Shown here in pieces: positions 27,355 through 40,171 of a DNA stretch of 64,000 nt (position 1 is its first letter; every line of letters begins with the position of its first letter). The stretch comes from Octopus sinensis (taxonomy: Eukaryota), in NCBI RefSeq assembly GCF_006345805.1, contig NC_043004.1:47306001-47370000 (forward strand). Direction: 5' to 3'. The position numbers were made by a program, and so were the translations under genes. Under the pieces are notes generated by a model that was given only the letters and a program-made list of their open reading frames with translations, was not told the origin of the DNA and made no database searches.

Positions 27355-28781
27355 TGCTCGTATGGCAGGCTCTAGCGTAACGAAAGCATCCGAAATGTTT
27401 GGTGTATGAAGCAGTACTGTCTTGAAAGTGGAGGCGCAATGGCCCGGTGGTTAGGGCAGCGGACTCGCAGTTTCGATTCCCAGATCGAGCGTTGTGTGTG
27501 TTTATTGAGCGAAAACACCTAAAGGCTCCACGAGGCTCCGCCACGGGGTGGTGGCGACCTCTGTTGTACTCTTTCGCCTCAACTTTCTCTCACTCCGCTC
27601 TTACTTCCTGTATCTGGTGTACCTGTATTTCAAGGGGCCGGCCTTGTCACTCTCTGTGTCACGCTGAATATCCCTGAGAACTACGTTAAGGGTGCACGTG
27701 TCTGTGGAGTGCTCGGCCACTTACACGTTAATTTCACGAGCAGGCTGTTCCGTTGATTCGGATCAACCGGAACCCTCATCGTCGTAACCGACGGAGTGCT
27801 TCCACTGTCTTGTAAGTAATGACTGCCTTTGAGAAAGTGATGACAACTTCCTCGTCGAAATAAAACTTCGGAAGAAAACCGAGACTTTTAGATAGGTACC
27901 GTCAGATAGGTGAATTGTTAGAAAGGATCACATAAGTACAGCTCCTAAAATTACTGCAGAGCTTAATTACCACCTCGATAAACCATTTTGTACAAGCACT
28001 GTTCGCCGGGAGCTTCACAAAGCTGGATTCCACGGGAGGGCTGCAAGCAGAAAACCCCTACTTTCAAAGACAAACGTTGCAAAGCGTTTAGATAGGAGTA
28101 AAAACCTACAGAATTAGTCCCTAGAGCAGTCGAAGAATGTTATTTAATCGGACGAGTCATGCTTTACCTTATTTCCGACCACTGGTCGCGTATACGTATG
28201 TAGACAGCCAAAAGAAGCACTTGATCTGGAACTACCTTCTTCCAACTGTTAAACATGGAGGAGGATCTATGATGATCTAGTGAGAGGTACACTTTGGAAA
28301 TCCGCTGGCCCTTTGGTTTCCCTTCATGGCACAATTAATAGTCAAGACTATTTAAACATTTTATCTGCTCAAATTCATTCTATGGCTTGGGAACTGTTTC
28401 CGGAGGGAAACGAAATATTTCAGGTTGATAATGCACCAATTCACACAGCTAAAGTTGTTACTGAATGGCACGAGGAACATTCTGGTGAAGTTGTATATCT
28501 TATCTGACCACCATAGTCCCCAGATCTCAATAGTAATGAACATTTATGGCGCATTTTAGAAAAGCAAGTAAGGAGTCGATATCCTCCACCATCATCACTA
28601 CCACAACTAGAGACTGTTTTAGCTGAAGAATGGAAAAAAAATTCCTTTGGAGATAATTCAAACTTTGTATGAGTCCATACCTCGTAGAATTCAAGCTGTA
28701 ATTACTGCCAAAGGCGAACCTACTCCATATTAGAATACATTTCTTTGAAATTTTAAGATGTCTCCATTATTTTGTCACGCC

Positions 28782-28782
<1 letters not shown>
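27352..28782 (+). pseudogene. Tc1-like DNA transposon with a decayed DD36E transposase, interrupted by a SINE
   Basis: HTH region GARMAGSSVTKASEMFGV, then STVRRELHKAGFHGRAASRKPLL, SDES, TVKHGGGS, FQVDNAPIH, SPDLNSNEHLW, YESIPRRIQAVITAKGEPTPY*. Several stops. The putative right end at ~28782 is followed by TA repeats. Confidence 0.92.
27430..27803 (+). mobile_element. tRNA-derived SINE, family C (tail type 2), inserted in the Tc1 ORF with a 14-bp TSD
   Basis: TSD actgtcttgaaagt (27416-27429) / actgtcttgtaagt (27804-27817). Removing the insert restores the transposase frame STVLKVMTAFEK. Confidence 0.92.
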
Positions 28783-28819
<37 letters not shown>

Positions 28820-28838
28820 GTATGTGTGTGTGTGTGTG

Positions 28839-29114
28839 TTAGAAGGAATGAGGTACTCAGAATTTCGGATGGTTTTATATTTACAGATATTTATTTGTAT
28901 GTTACATGTTTTTATACATCATATATCATATATCATATATAAGTGCTTTCGTCCATTCTAGTGGAGTCGTCAAATTGAACTTCACGACTCCACTAGAATG
29001 GACGAAAGCGCTATATATGATATCTGATATACGATGTATAAAAACATGTAACATACAAATAAATATCTGTAAATATAAAATCCTTTGAATTCTGAGTACC
29101 TTCATTTCTTCTAA
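28839..29114. repeat. Long foldback: ~130-bp inverted arms (28839-28970 / 28984-29114), 13-nt loop, with a degenerate hammerhead-like core
   Basis: The arms are reverse complements. The right arm reads ..cacga-ctcca-ctagaa-tggac-GAAA-gcgc-TA; the left arm on the minus strand reads ttgacga-ctcca-ctagaa-tggac-GAAA. Confidence 0.93.
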
Positions 29115-29144
29115 TACAATATACCTGTACGTCATCTCCAAACC

Positions 29145-29225
<81 letters not shown>

Positions 29226-29253
29226 CACTTATGTATGTATCTATTGATTTATT

Positions 29254-29300
<47 letters not shown>

Positions 29301-29321
29301 AGTGTATGTATCTATTGATAT

Positions 29322-29354
<33 letters not shown>

Positions 29355-30198
29355 TACATATGTGCGTGTATGTGTGTATAGAGAGGGGGACCAGTGACTT
29401 TGCTACAGTGACAGAATTTTTCAAAGAACTTTGAACAATGTATGTATAATTTCAATTCCCATTCGTAAAATTTTCAGTGATCAAAGGTTCTACACTCGTT
29501 AACTGCGCTAATGAGCATATCAAAAGATCTGGATTTAATTGTTTAAATGTACATTTGTTCAACTATTTCTATGTCAGCAGTTTATTTCATTGAACGAGTA
29601 CAATCTAAAATATTTGTCCTGGTGTAAGGGGTCAGCAATTATTCTCTTTAGTGGGAATTATTTTTTATGCATATATTTATGTATATATTTTAAAACTTTA
29701 ATAGTAGATGCCGGGATTCTTGTTTTAAACTAGTTGTATGCTTTATATTTTGTTTTTAGTCTTAGAATAATTTGAAATATTTTATCATATACATGCAACA
29801 AAATATTATCCGTGATCAAATGATTTGTTATTTTGGAACTTTCGTTATATCTTGGCCCTGGTACATTAATTATGTCTGTAGGTTTCAGCAAGAACTAGCT
29901 CAATTAAATGTCTGCAAGCCTTTACAAATCTGTATGGTTTTTTCTCTTTGTTTGACGAAAGCAGTTTTGGTTTCATTTACTCTACTTATTTCAAAGCGTG
30001 TTGTTAAAGCTACTAGCAGACGAAACACAGAGTGGAAGAGAACAATTTGTCATCCAAACTATAGCTTACACTAACTACTGTTTCCGTTGAGATATGTAAA
30101 CCAGATTTCAAAGAATAATTTCCTTTTGGAAATGGTACGTAACAACAACAATTATATATGTGTATGTAAACATATACATAAATATATATATATATATT

Positions 30199-30230
<32 letters not shown>

Positions 30231-30291
30231 CTGACGTGTGTATAGATAAACATACAAACACACACATATATATGTCCATATATACACACAC

Positions 30292-30324
<33 letters not shown>

Positions 30325-31404
30325 GGTATATATATATGGACATATTTTTTTTTTGTACTTGTTTCAGTCATTTGACTGCGGCCATGCTGGAGCACCGCCT
30401 TTTAGAGTGGTGAAAGAGTACAGCAGGGATCACCACCTCCTGCCGGAGCCTCGTGGAGCTTTTAGGTGTTTTCGCTCAATAAACACACACATATATATAT
30501 ATATGAAAAAATCAATCACGAGAGACTAGCATTTACAAAGATGTTATTAGATTCACGCTTAAAAAGGGAAAATAAAACGAAATTTTGCTTGACGTTTCGG
30601 ATTCATCAAAAAAGTCATTCATCGAAAAATTCATTCATCAAAAAAGAAGTGTGACAGAAGGTTGGGGTAAAAGAGAGAAAAGAAAAAGTTAGAAGTCAGA
30701 AGCGATTGTAATTTTATAGGGATGAGTTTGGTAAAGAGGAAGAGGCGAGAAGTTGTTTCATTGTATAGAATAGTGTATTTCTAAAGAAACTGTCAATGTG
30801 CCCAGAGCTATGTAGGTTGAAGGTGGCTGGTTGGCGTTAAATGGAGAGATAAACCCGATTGTGAGGTGAGAAAGTAGAAAGATGGGGGAAAATGCAGAAG
30901 TCTTTGTTGTTAAAGAAAAATTGAAGCTGGTAAATGTAGAGTTACTATGTCGAAAAACGTGAAAAAATACATAGTTTAAATAAGATTTAAACGTGAAAAT
31001 ATAGGAAAAATTCAGAAAGGAAGAGAAGAGAAGGACGAGGAAATATATATGCACAAAGCACATCGATATTTAAAAAACAGTTTATGAAAAGTGTAATCAA
31101 AAGATAACTTATGGGGAAAATACTTTAAAGTAATGAACAGCTATAATCGCATATGCACACACTGACTGTCTAATGATCGTAGTGATTCCCAGAGTTTTTC
31201 TTGTAGAAATTCCAATATTTAGGACCACTATATCTAGTACAAAACATACTGAGTAATAACCTCAGCTTGCTGAGTTGTTTGCATCGACCTCAGTACTCAA
31301 CTCGTACATATTTAATTGATCACGAAAGTATGAAACTCGAGTCGGCCTTGGCGAAATTGGAACTCAGAACATGAAGACGAACGAAATGACGTTAATCATT
31401 ATGC

Positions 31405-31808
31405 ACTCTCTTTTACTTGTTTCATTCATTTGACTGCGGCCATGCTGGAGCACCGCCTTTAGTCGAGCAAATCGACCCCGGGACTTATTCTTTGTAAGCC
31501 CAGTACTTATTCTATCGGTCTCTTTTGCCGAAACGCTAAGTTACGGGGACGTAAACACACCAGCATCGGTTGTCAAGCAATGCTAGGGGGGCCAAACACA
31601 GACACACAAACACACACACATACACATGCATATATATATATATATACGACAGGCTTCTTTCAGTTTCCGTCTACCAAATCCACTCACAAGGCATTGGTCG
31701 GCCCGGGGCTATAGCAGAAGACATTTGCCCAAGATGCCACGCAGTGGGACTGAACCCGAAACCATGTTGTTGGTTAACAAGCTACTTACCACAGAGCCAC
31801 TCCTGCAC
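31405..31808 (-). mobile_element. tRNA-derived SINE, family A
   Basis: Reverse complement of the 21770-22170 family. Confidence 0.9.
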
Positions 31809-32050
31809 ACTTTCAATTTATTATTGGTTTCGAATTTTTTCACAAGACCAGCAAATTTGGGGGAGGGTGAAATTAGTTACATCAACCGCAGTGCTCATCT
31901 AGTACTTATTTTATCAACCTCCGAAGGGACGAAAGGCAAATTCGGCCTCAGCGGAATTGGGGCTCAGAACGTGAGGTCACACGACATGCTGCTAGGCATT
32001 TTACCTTGAGTGCTAATGCACACAGACAATTAAATTTTAAATAAATTTTG

Positions 32051-32510
32051 AAGGTGGCGAGCTGGTAAGATCGTTAGTACGTCAGGTAAAATGATTATCG
32101 GCGTTTTTTCTGTCTTCACATTATGAGTTCAAATTCCGGCAAGCTCGAATTTTCCTTTCATCCTTTTGGGGGTGGTATAAAAAGTACCCCAAGGCGGCGA
32201 GCTGCCAGAAACGATTGCACGCCGGGCGAAATGCTTAGTGGTATTTCGTCTGCCGCTACGTTCTGAGTTCAAATTCCGCCGAGGTCGACTTTGCCTTTCA
32301 TCCTTTCGGGGTCGATAAATTAAGTACCAGTTACGCACTGGAGTCAATGTAATCGACTTAATACCTATGTCTGTCTTTGTTTGTCCCCTCTTTGTTTAGC
32401 CCCTTGTCGGTAATAAAGAAATAGGTATAATAAGTACCACGTCAAGACTGGAGTCAATATAATCGACTTACTACAACTCCCAAATTCGCTAGCGTTGTTC
32501 CAAAATTTTA
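32051..32510 (+). mobile_element. Nested SINEs: a younger family B copy (32191-32423) inserted in an older related copy
   Basis: TSD ggtataaaaagtacc (32174-32188) / ggtataataagtacc (32424-32438). The older copy resumes after the second TSD (ctggagtcaatataatcgactta). Confidence 0.85.
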
Positions 32511-33865
32511 AATATTAAAGAACGTCGCATAAAACCTAAACATTATTAATCGTGTGTGTGTGAGCGTGCGCGTGTGTGTGTTTGTCAGCATATGTGATAT
32601 CTTGTTACTATGTCTATGTACATTCGGGTTAGTGTGTTATGATTTATATCCATTGTTATTTCTTTGACAAGTAAACACATCAATCATCGTCAAGAATGAC
32701 AGCTGAACTGTATTCGTCATTTAAAATATGAAAGTCCCCGTTAGTGTTCTCCCGTATATCTTATTGCTGCAATCATTATTTGAATCATCAAATGGCACTT
32801 ACGGAGAACATACATTTATAACCTATTGACCTGATCCGCACTGCTCTATTCATAAATTTATACAGCATATATACTTTTAAAATTTGGATATAGCGTTGTG
32901 TACACACATCGACACACCGACACACACATATATATGAGCGGCATATGATTAACATTAGCGTTACTCAGATTAGCCATAACATACAAACTGTGTATTTCTA
33001 TTCAAAATGCGGGATCCAAAAAATGTAAATAATCCTTTCTACGAGAACCACAAGACCTTAAATTTGTTAACGGGAGCCAGTAGCTTAGACCGACCGCAGT
33101 ATGCAACTGGTACTTAATTTATCGACCCGAAATGATGAAACTCAAAAGCCACCTATGCGGAATTCAAATCAGAACACCCAAATTTAAATAATGTAATCCA
33201 AAATATATTAATTCAAACTTAAATCATTCAAATTTCTTTCGCAAGTCACGATTTAGGCTACGAAGCTCTTAAATGTTGTTACTAATCAGTACATAATGAC
33301 CGGATATTAAATTGAACGTGCGTATTTCTGTGACTGTGAATGGATTTGAGCTCAACACTTATGACATTTTAAATAAAATGACTAAACCGCAAAACGAAGA
33401 TCACAAAATTCATTGAGTAAAATAGCAACATAAAAACTTTCAGAATTTTACCTGAACTTTTGTTTCTGACTTCTAAAAGTGTATTATTTTTTTGAATACT
33501 AATTAAGATCAACGTTAATATAATGATATTGTAAGAAAAAATAATTGTGCAAAGAATTAGTTTTAGTTTAGAAATTTTAAATTAATTTAAACGTACAACG
33601 AACATGTGACCGTACTGTCAAAGCTCTCACATACCCTTAACAATAATTTATATTTGCTATTTTCCCATTATTATACAATGTGGCCGGTACCATAGTATGA
33701 TAGAATGTGCTGTGAGGTGTGCAATGGTATTTCAAGACACCCGCCACCAAATTTTAAGCAGGGGTACAACAAAAGTTTTCCATTATAGTTTGTGATTATA
33801 TTAATGAGTAAGGTTAATAATTATCATGAACTCCCTGAACATATGCCCCTGATATACATATATAT

Positions 33866-33940
<75 letters not shown>

Positions 33941-34999
33941 GTATACACACAGATATATATATATACATACACATATATACACCTACGCTTACTACTCGTG
34001 GACACTTTTACCTTAATGATTATTTATTATAAGAAAATTAACCTAGGAATAATATTGTTTATTAGTTGGAATAAATAAGGTAAAACTAAATTATTTAACT
34101 GAGAGAGAGATATACATATTCCGGTTTTTAAATAGATTTTAGCTTAACGTATGAAAGTAATATACTAAAATTTGGCACTAATTGAAAGAGACTCATATGT
34201 AACGATGCTGTGGAATATAAACAATTCAGATGAATGTTCAGTTCATATATGAACGATTAATACTAACGTTTACTCAATTCTTTAGTTATTTATTTTATAC
34301 AAGGAAATTAGTGGAAATGTAATGCTGAAATGTCAGTTAAGGTGAGACACTGTCACATGACAACTTGCTGGGGCTGCCTGCTTGAGTCTGAGGGCAGGAT
34401 TTTAAAGGGAGAATTTTGACAAATCAGTCAGTCACCGGCTGACACTCGGTGACGATACATCGAAGAGGCCAGGGAACAGAAGAAAGAAGACATGCACCCA
34501 GAGCTGATGACACCTCCGAAGGATGAGGGGGGGAGTCAAAACGGTAGAGAAGTAGGGGCCGAAACCGGTGTGGTTCCTCCTGATGATGTCTTGAGCTAAC
34601 AGGATCCTATAAAAGAACTGTTGTGTTAGCAGACCACGAAACACGGTTGTAATTCCTCCATGATTGTTAGAAGTAATTGCAATCCTACTATTCATGTATT
34701 TACATATAATGAAAAGTGTTAAGCGAAAAAATTATGGCAAAACCATTTGATAATACAAATATATAGGAGGGAAGTGTCAGTGAATAATAGAAGCGTTCTT
34801 ATATATATAACGATATACGTACATACATATTACATGCATTCACAAACAAACACGTATATTTTAAACTTTTTTTTATACGGAAATATTTTGAAAATATAAA
34901 GAAAGCTCCTATTCCATTATGCTGAGCCTATTCGTCACACACACACGCTCACACACACACACATACACACAACACACACACACACACTCTCACACACGC

Positions 35000-35036
<37 letters not shown>

Positions 35037-35341
35037 ATATATATGCATTTCGTTTGTCAATTTGGTTTGCAAGATTACTGATGTGAAATTGTGTCTTGAA
35101 ACAGATATTGAAGGTGGAGGAGCAAGAACATACATGAAAACAAAATGTCTAGTTGAAGAGATTACAGATGCGTGACTAAAGATATCCGGGTAACGGTGAT
35201 GAGTTAAAATAATAAACGATTGAAGAAAAAATATATAGTGCGTGTGTTTATTTGGCAAAAAAATGACCGTCCCGAAATAGAACAATATGTGCGTATCTGT
35301 CTCTGTGGGCGCGCATATCTGTATGAATAATTTCCATATAC

Positions 35342-35416
<75 letters not shown>

Positions 35417-35875
35417 TAAATAGATAGATAGATGTGTTTATGATTATATATATGATTTCTTGATTTATCTTTTTGAATTAATCACCAATGAAGAAGAAAT
35501 TTGTCACAGTAATTCAGACTACGATACGAGTGCAGTATGGTATGCATATATTATGCACATGTGTCACCGTTTGCACACACATATAAGATCATATATTCTG
35601 CATGTATGCACCACATGCAGGGATGGGAACATATATAGTCGTCACACGGTAAACGTCTTTTTGATAGCGTTTTTATAGATATTAACTGTAATTCCATGAT
35701 CAGGACTGATATTTTTAGTTTTGTGAAACTCAAATTCTTAGTATTAACATTGATGTAATTAGATATACATGCAACACGATTTTCTCTTTGGGCAGCAGCT
35801 GATATTTCCTCTTTGCCTACCATTAGATAATGTAGAGCAAATGGCTAATATTTCCTTCAAACTATGCCTTTGTTA

Positions 35876-36030
35876 CATTTATTCAAACCCTAAAGAATCC
35901 CTCTCAACACATTTCTATGGTCAGTAATGCACATATTGTTAACCACTAAGGTACATGGTCAAGTGGATAAGGTCAAGCAACATACAAGTAAATCTCTGGT
36001 ATTGAACAGAATTTTTGCTATGGCAGTATA
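35876..36030. repeat. Diverged partial copy of the interspersed repeat at 45059-45550
   Basis: Shares attcaaac.c.aa..aatccctctcaacac, atgcacatat.gt.a.ccacta.gg.acatg and aaatct.tggta.tga.cagaa with 45343-45510. Confidence 0.75.
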
Positions 36031-36982
36031 TTTGCTTCAGCAACTTGACGTTAAATCTTTCTCAAATATAATGAAAAGTAGGTCTGTTTTCAAAACATTG
36101 ATATCAATGTCACAAAGACAAAGTTTGAATGAAGGGAATGGCAGTCATTTCCTTTGATTCCAAGGTAGAAACAAATAGGAAATAGCATTCGTGACCAAAG
36201 AAAAAATAATTAAATTTTTTGACACTGTTACTTATCAATACTTCACTATGTAAGGAAATATTTTCTTTAATTAAGCAGGCATTCCTGGGTGTTCCTTCAT
36301 TTCAAACAATATATTTACTTATTCTATAACAATATGTAAATCACATAGAGCTGAGTTTATTTCACGTTAGTACACCACACTTGCAACAACATTTATCGTT
36401 TATACTATTGCATATTAAAATATACTTCCTAGACATATATTCCACGCAAAACAGACCGTGACAACGCCTACGCAGGATTTAAATCGCAATAGAGTGGATT
36501 ATTCTTCCGGCTTTATGACACACACAAACACTCAAATACACACACACTAACACATACATACAGACACGAAAATATGTGTGAGTGTGTATCATTTTTCTGC
36601 GTCATACCACGTAACCTATGTTGAAGTCACAAATTCAAGCGTCTTTTTGTTGTGGAGGCGAATTTAATACGTTAAGACATCAAAACGTTGTGCATTTTGA
36701 TGTTAAAATTTGCAGTTTAGTATAAACAAAAGAAAACTAGAAACTCATGGCATATACCTTTCAGCAAATTCTACAGCACACCTGGTGCAACTCTAAAATG
36801 AAGATAAATGTTCTCTCTATGTTAGGAGAAAAAAATTTTGCTCTTTGTTCTTAACTAAGTTGACTTACACAATCGTTCATTGAGAGCAGAGCACTCTATA
36901 CTTTAAATAGAAAAGTGAGAATATAAACAAATCTGCAGGAAATAACAGACCCTTAAACCTACACACGCTCAGGTATATAATG

Positions 36983-37060
<78 letters not shown>

Positions 37061-37164
37061 TACATACATGCATATAAATATATGTATACATATATTTGTA
37101 TATATATATATATATATATGCATAATTATACGTACATATACATACATACACATATGTATATATA

Positions 37165-37210
<46 letters not shown>

Positions 37211-37216
<6 letters not shown>

Positions 37217-38135
37217 ACAAAATAATAAATAAAACATATGCATATATACATACGTATATGTACATACCTACATCTATATGTATATATAGGTACAGGACAC
37301 CACAAGAAAAACGTCGAAAACAATGAGAATCGAACTCATAAAAATAAAACCATGGAAACAGATTTTTTCAAACAACGAAACAGAGTACAAGACATACAAC
37401 ACAAGGAATATTCCCCTTCTTCAGCTGCCCCTGCTCGTCTACTCCGTGTTTCGAAGGTAAGGGCAAGACACGACTTCATTGAAACAGTCCTTCCCTGAAA
37501 GCAAATTAAATAAAATTTGGGATTTTTTGCGGAGGGGTAAAAGTAGTAACAAGAACAGGACAGTAAAAACAAACCAAGACAGTAAAAACAATTCAAATAA
37601 AAACAGTAAAAGACAGGACAAGGAGAATAACACAGTAAAGACAAACGATAAGGGCTGTTAAGCCGAAACGAAAGGAAAAATTATGTGGAACGCCTTGAGA
37701 TAACGGGTTAAGAGAGGGACAGTAAAGCCGTCTATACTTGTTGAAGGCAGTAGTCACATAGAAAGTAGCCCTCTGGTCACATGTCAGCGACGAGAGGGAG
37801 GAGGAGGAGGAGGAGGAATAAGAGAAAAGGAACGGTTAAAGGGAGAGAAGAAGAATAGGGAAGGGTGGTCGAGAAAACCAGAAAGAATGAAGAATAAGAG
37901 AGGGAGAGAGACAGTAAAGAGTGAGACAGTTAAGAGTGCGCATCATAATTATTAAGATAAAATTTACTTGGAAGTGGATGAGTGGCGTTCGATCATATAA
38001 TAACAAAATAATAAATAAAACATATGCATATATACATACATATATGTACATACCTACATCTATATGCATATATCCATGCATATATAGGTACAGGACACCA
38101 AACAAAAACGTCGAACACAATGAGAAACAAAAACA
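37211..38135 (-). mobile_element. Probable non-coding Penelope-related element bounded by ~120-140-bp direct repeats
   Basis: ataataacaaaataataaataaaacatatgcatatatacatac...ggtacaggacacca..aaaaacgtcgaa.acaatgagaa occurs at 37211-37330 and 37996-38130. The direct repeat is seen; the PLE assignment is inference. Confidence 0.45.
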
Positions 38136-38136
38136 T

Positions 38137-38910
38137 TTAGTGTACATTTAAACACATAAGAGATGCCTTGACAGGACACCTAACATTCTAGAAGAACCAG
38201 TAAAAATCCAAACCACGGTTAGGGGTAATTTCGAAGGGAATGAAAAGTAAAAGCATTTAACATATTTTGTCACCGGACCATCGTTTCGAACTTGAATTAG
38301 CATTAGTGGTTTGGATTTTGACTGGTCCCTCTAGCATGTTAGGTGTGCTGTCAAAGCACCTCGTATGTGTTTAAATGTACACTAACTTTATATGTATGAT
38401 GTATAGTCTAATGACTAGTTTCTGCATGCTAAGCCACTGATAGACAAATTTCTATAATTTTCCTACCTTGTATATTTCTCCTAATATGGTTTTAGTAATT
38501 TTGAAGTCGTCATTTTAATTTGCTGCCGATAAAAACTGCGCTTGGGAGGTGAATTTGAAAAATTATAATATATAATGATGAGACATGCGCTATTTTGCCT
38601 CATGATTACGTTTTAATCTTTGGCGTTCCCGCTGATGAGAAAATCGCCGAGCAAATTATTTTATTTGCTAATTAAAGTTCTAAACCATGGTCTTGTAACA
38701 AAACATGGTAATTATTTTTACTTTTCATTCCCTTCCAAATTATCTCTAACCGTGGATTGGATTTTGACTAGTCATTCTAGCATGTTAGGTGTCCTGTTAA
38801 GGCACCTCTTATATAATTGTATATCTATAATATATATTCTATTGACTATTTTCTGCATGGTAGGCCACTGGTAGAAAAAATTCTATAATTTTCCTACTCT
38901 GTATATTTCT
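38137..38910. repeat. Inverted-plus-direct repeat cluster (pseudo-LTR-like architecture)
   Basis: 38137-38216 is inverted relative to 38306-38385; ~38160-38302 is inverted relative to ~38665-38810; 38306-38480 is a direct repeat of ~38751-38910. Confidence 0.85.
38625..38699 (+). ncRNA. Degenerate minimal type-I hammerhead ribozyme motif
   Basis: Reads gttcccg-CTGATGA-gaa..agcaaat/atttgct..ttc-tAAA-ccatgg-TC-ttgtaac. The inverted partial copy (38269-38301, minus) keeps GAAAC-gatg-GTC-cggtgac, which pairs 6/7 with gttcccg. Confidence 0.6.
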
Positions 38911-39334
38911 GACGCTGCTATACGATGGTTGAGTTTTATATCTCAGGCGTACAAGTTTGAAAAGTCAGCTATGCAAGCGATAGAGGATCTCAACCCCAGG
39001 AGAGTCGCACGGGATCTTGTTGAGCATCGACGCCAGGGAAACGGAGAACAGTGTTGAGAACGCTGCCTTGTTTCAGGCCCCCAAAGATGGGCATGGTTAG
39101 CAGAGAGTATTCTGCGTGCAGACGCTCCTACCGAAACTGTCATGGAGAACGATGATGAGGTCAATGTCCCTATTGATCAACCAACGCTCGTCAGTTTGTT
39201 TACCTCCCTCGATAAAAAGACGCAGAATATGCAATAGAGTGGAAGAAAATAATTTTTGAATTCGACTAAAATTCCTGTTGTTGAAAAGGTGGACACTTGG
39301 CAGATTCGCTACCACATTGGGCAAAATGACAGTC

Positions 39335-39500
39335 AGCACATCATCCGTCCTTACGTTCAGAGTTCAAATTTAGACGAGGTTGACTTTGCCTTTCATCCTT
39401 TCCGGGTCGATAAAATATGTACCAGCTGAACTTTGGGATCGATTTAATCGACTGATCCCCTGCCCCGAAATTGCTGGCCTTGTGCTAAAATTTGAAACCA
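39335..39500 (+). mobile_element. SINE family B-related, 5'-eroded
   Basis: gagttcaaatt...gactttgcctttcatcctttccgggtcgataaaa..gtaccag matches the family B core. Confidence 0.75.
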
Positions 39501-40171
39501 ATGTTACTGCTGTTGTTGATTTCGACTGAGTTCGATTTTGCCTCTTCATTGTTTTTTAATCTTATTTTTATATGTAGTACTGATTAAATATTGCATATCA
39601 TTAAATCTTATTTATGTGTGTCTCTTTGTATGTACTGAATCCGGGCTAATTCTCATTACGTTTGTTCCTTTTCTTTCCCGTCATATAAACGTTATTTATA
39701 CGTTTTGCTATCTCAACGCTTGTTTTATATCGTTAAAACCAATTCCAAATAATTTCCTCTAGTGAACCCTGTTTTTTTAAAACTATTTCCCGAAGATTAC
39801 CATCTAAAATATACAAAATGAAGTTAACCTTGTAGAAAACCAGGTATACCTACTTCTGATGGCGTCCACGCTTGTTTACATTACACGTTAAATCTATTAT
39901 TACCCCGGAAAAGATAATTACATTTATGATTTCCTTAAAATATGTATTCTAAGAGGGACAATAGTCAGCTTTAGTATCTTCTTATGTTTGCATCTCCAGT
40001 AGTTTATGACAGGTATTTATAACACCTTTGATGCTATATTTAAAAATTACTGTGCAACATTATTATTGTTTAATGACTCAGCAACCAATGGGTAGCTACA
40101 TAACATTACCAAATGCAATCTGGATACCAATATACGAATCCTGTTTCCTTCCACTGTATTCGTGATAGTGT

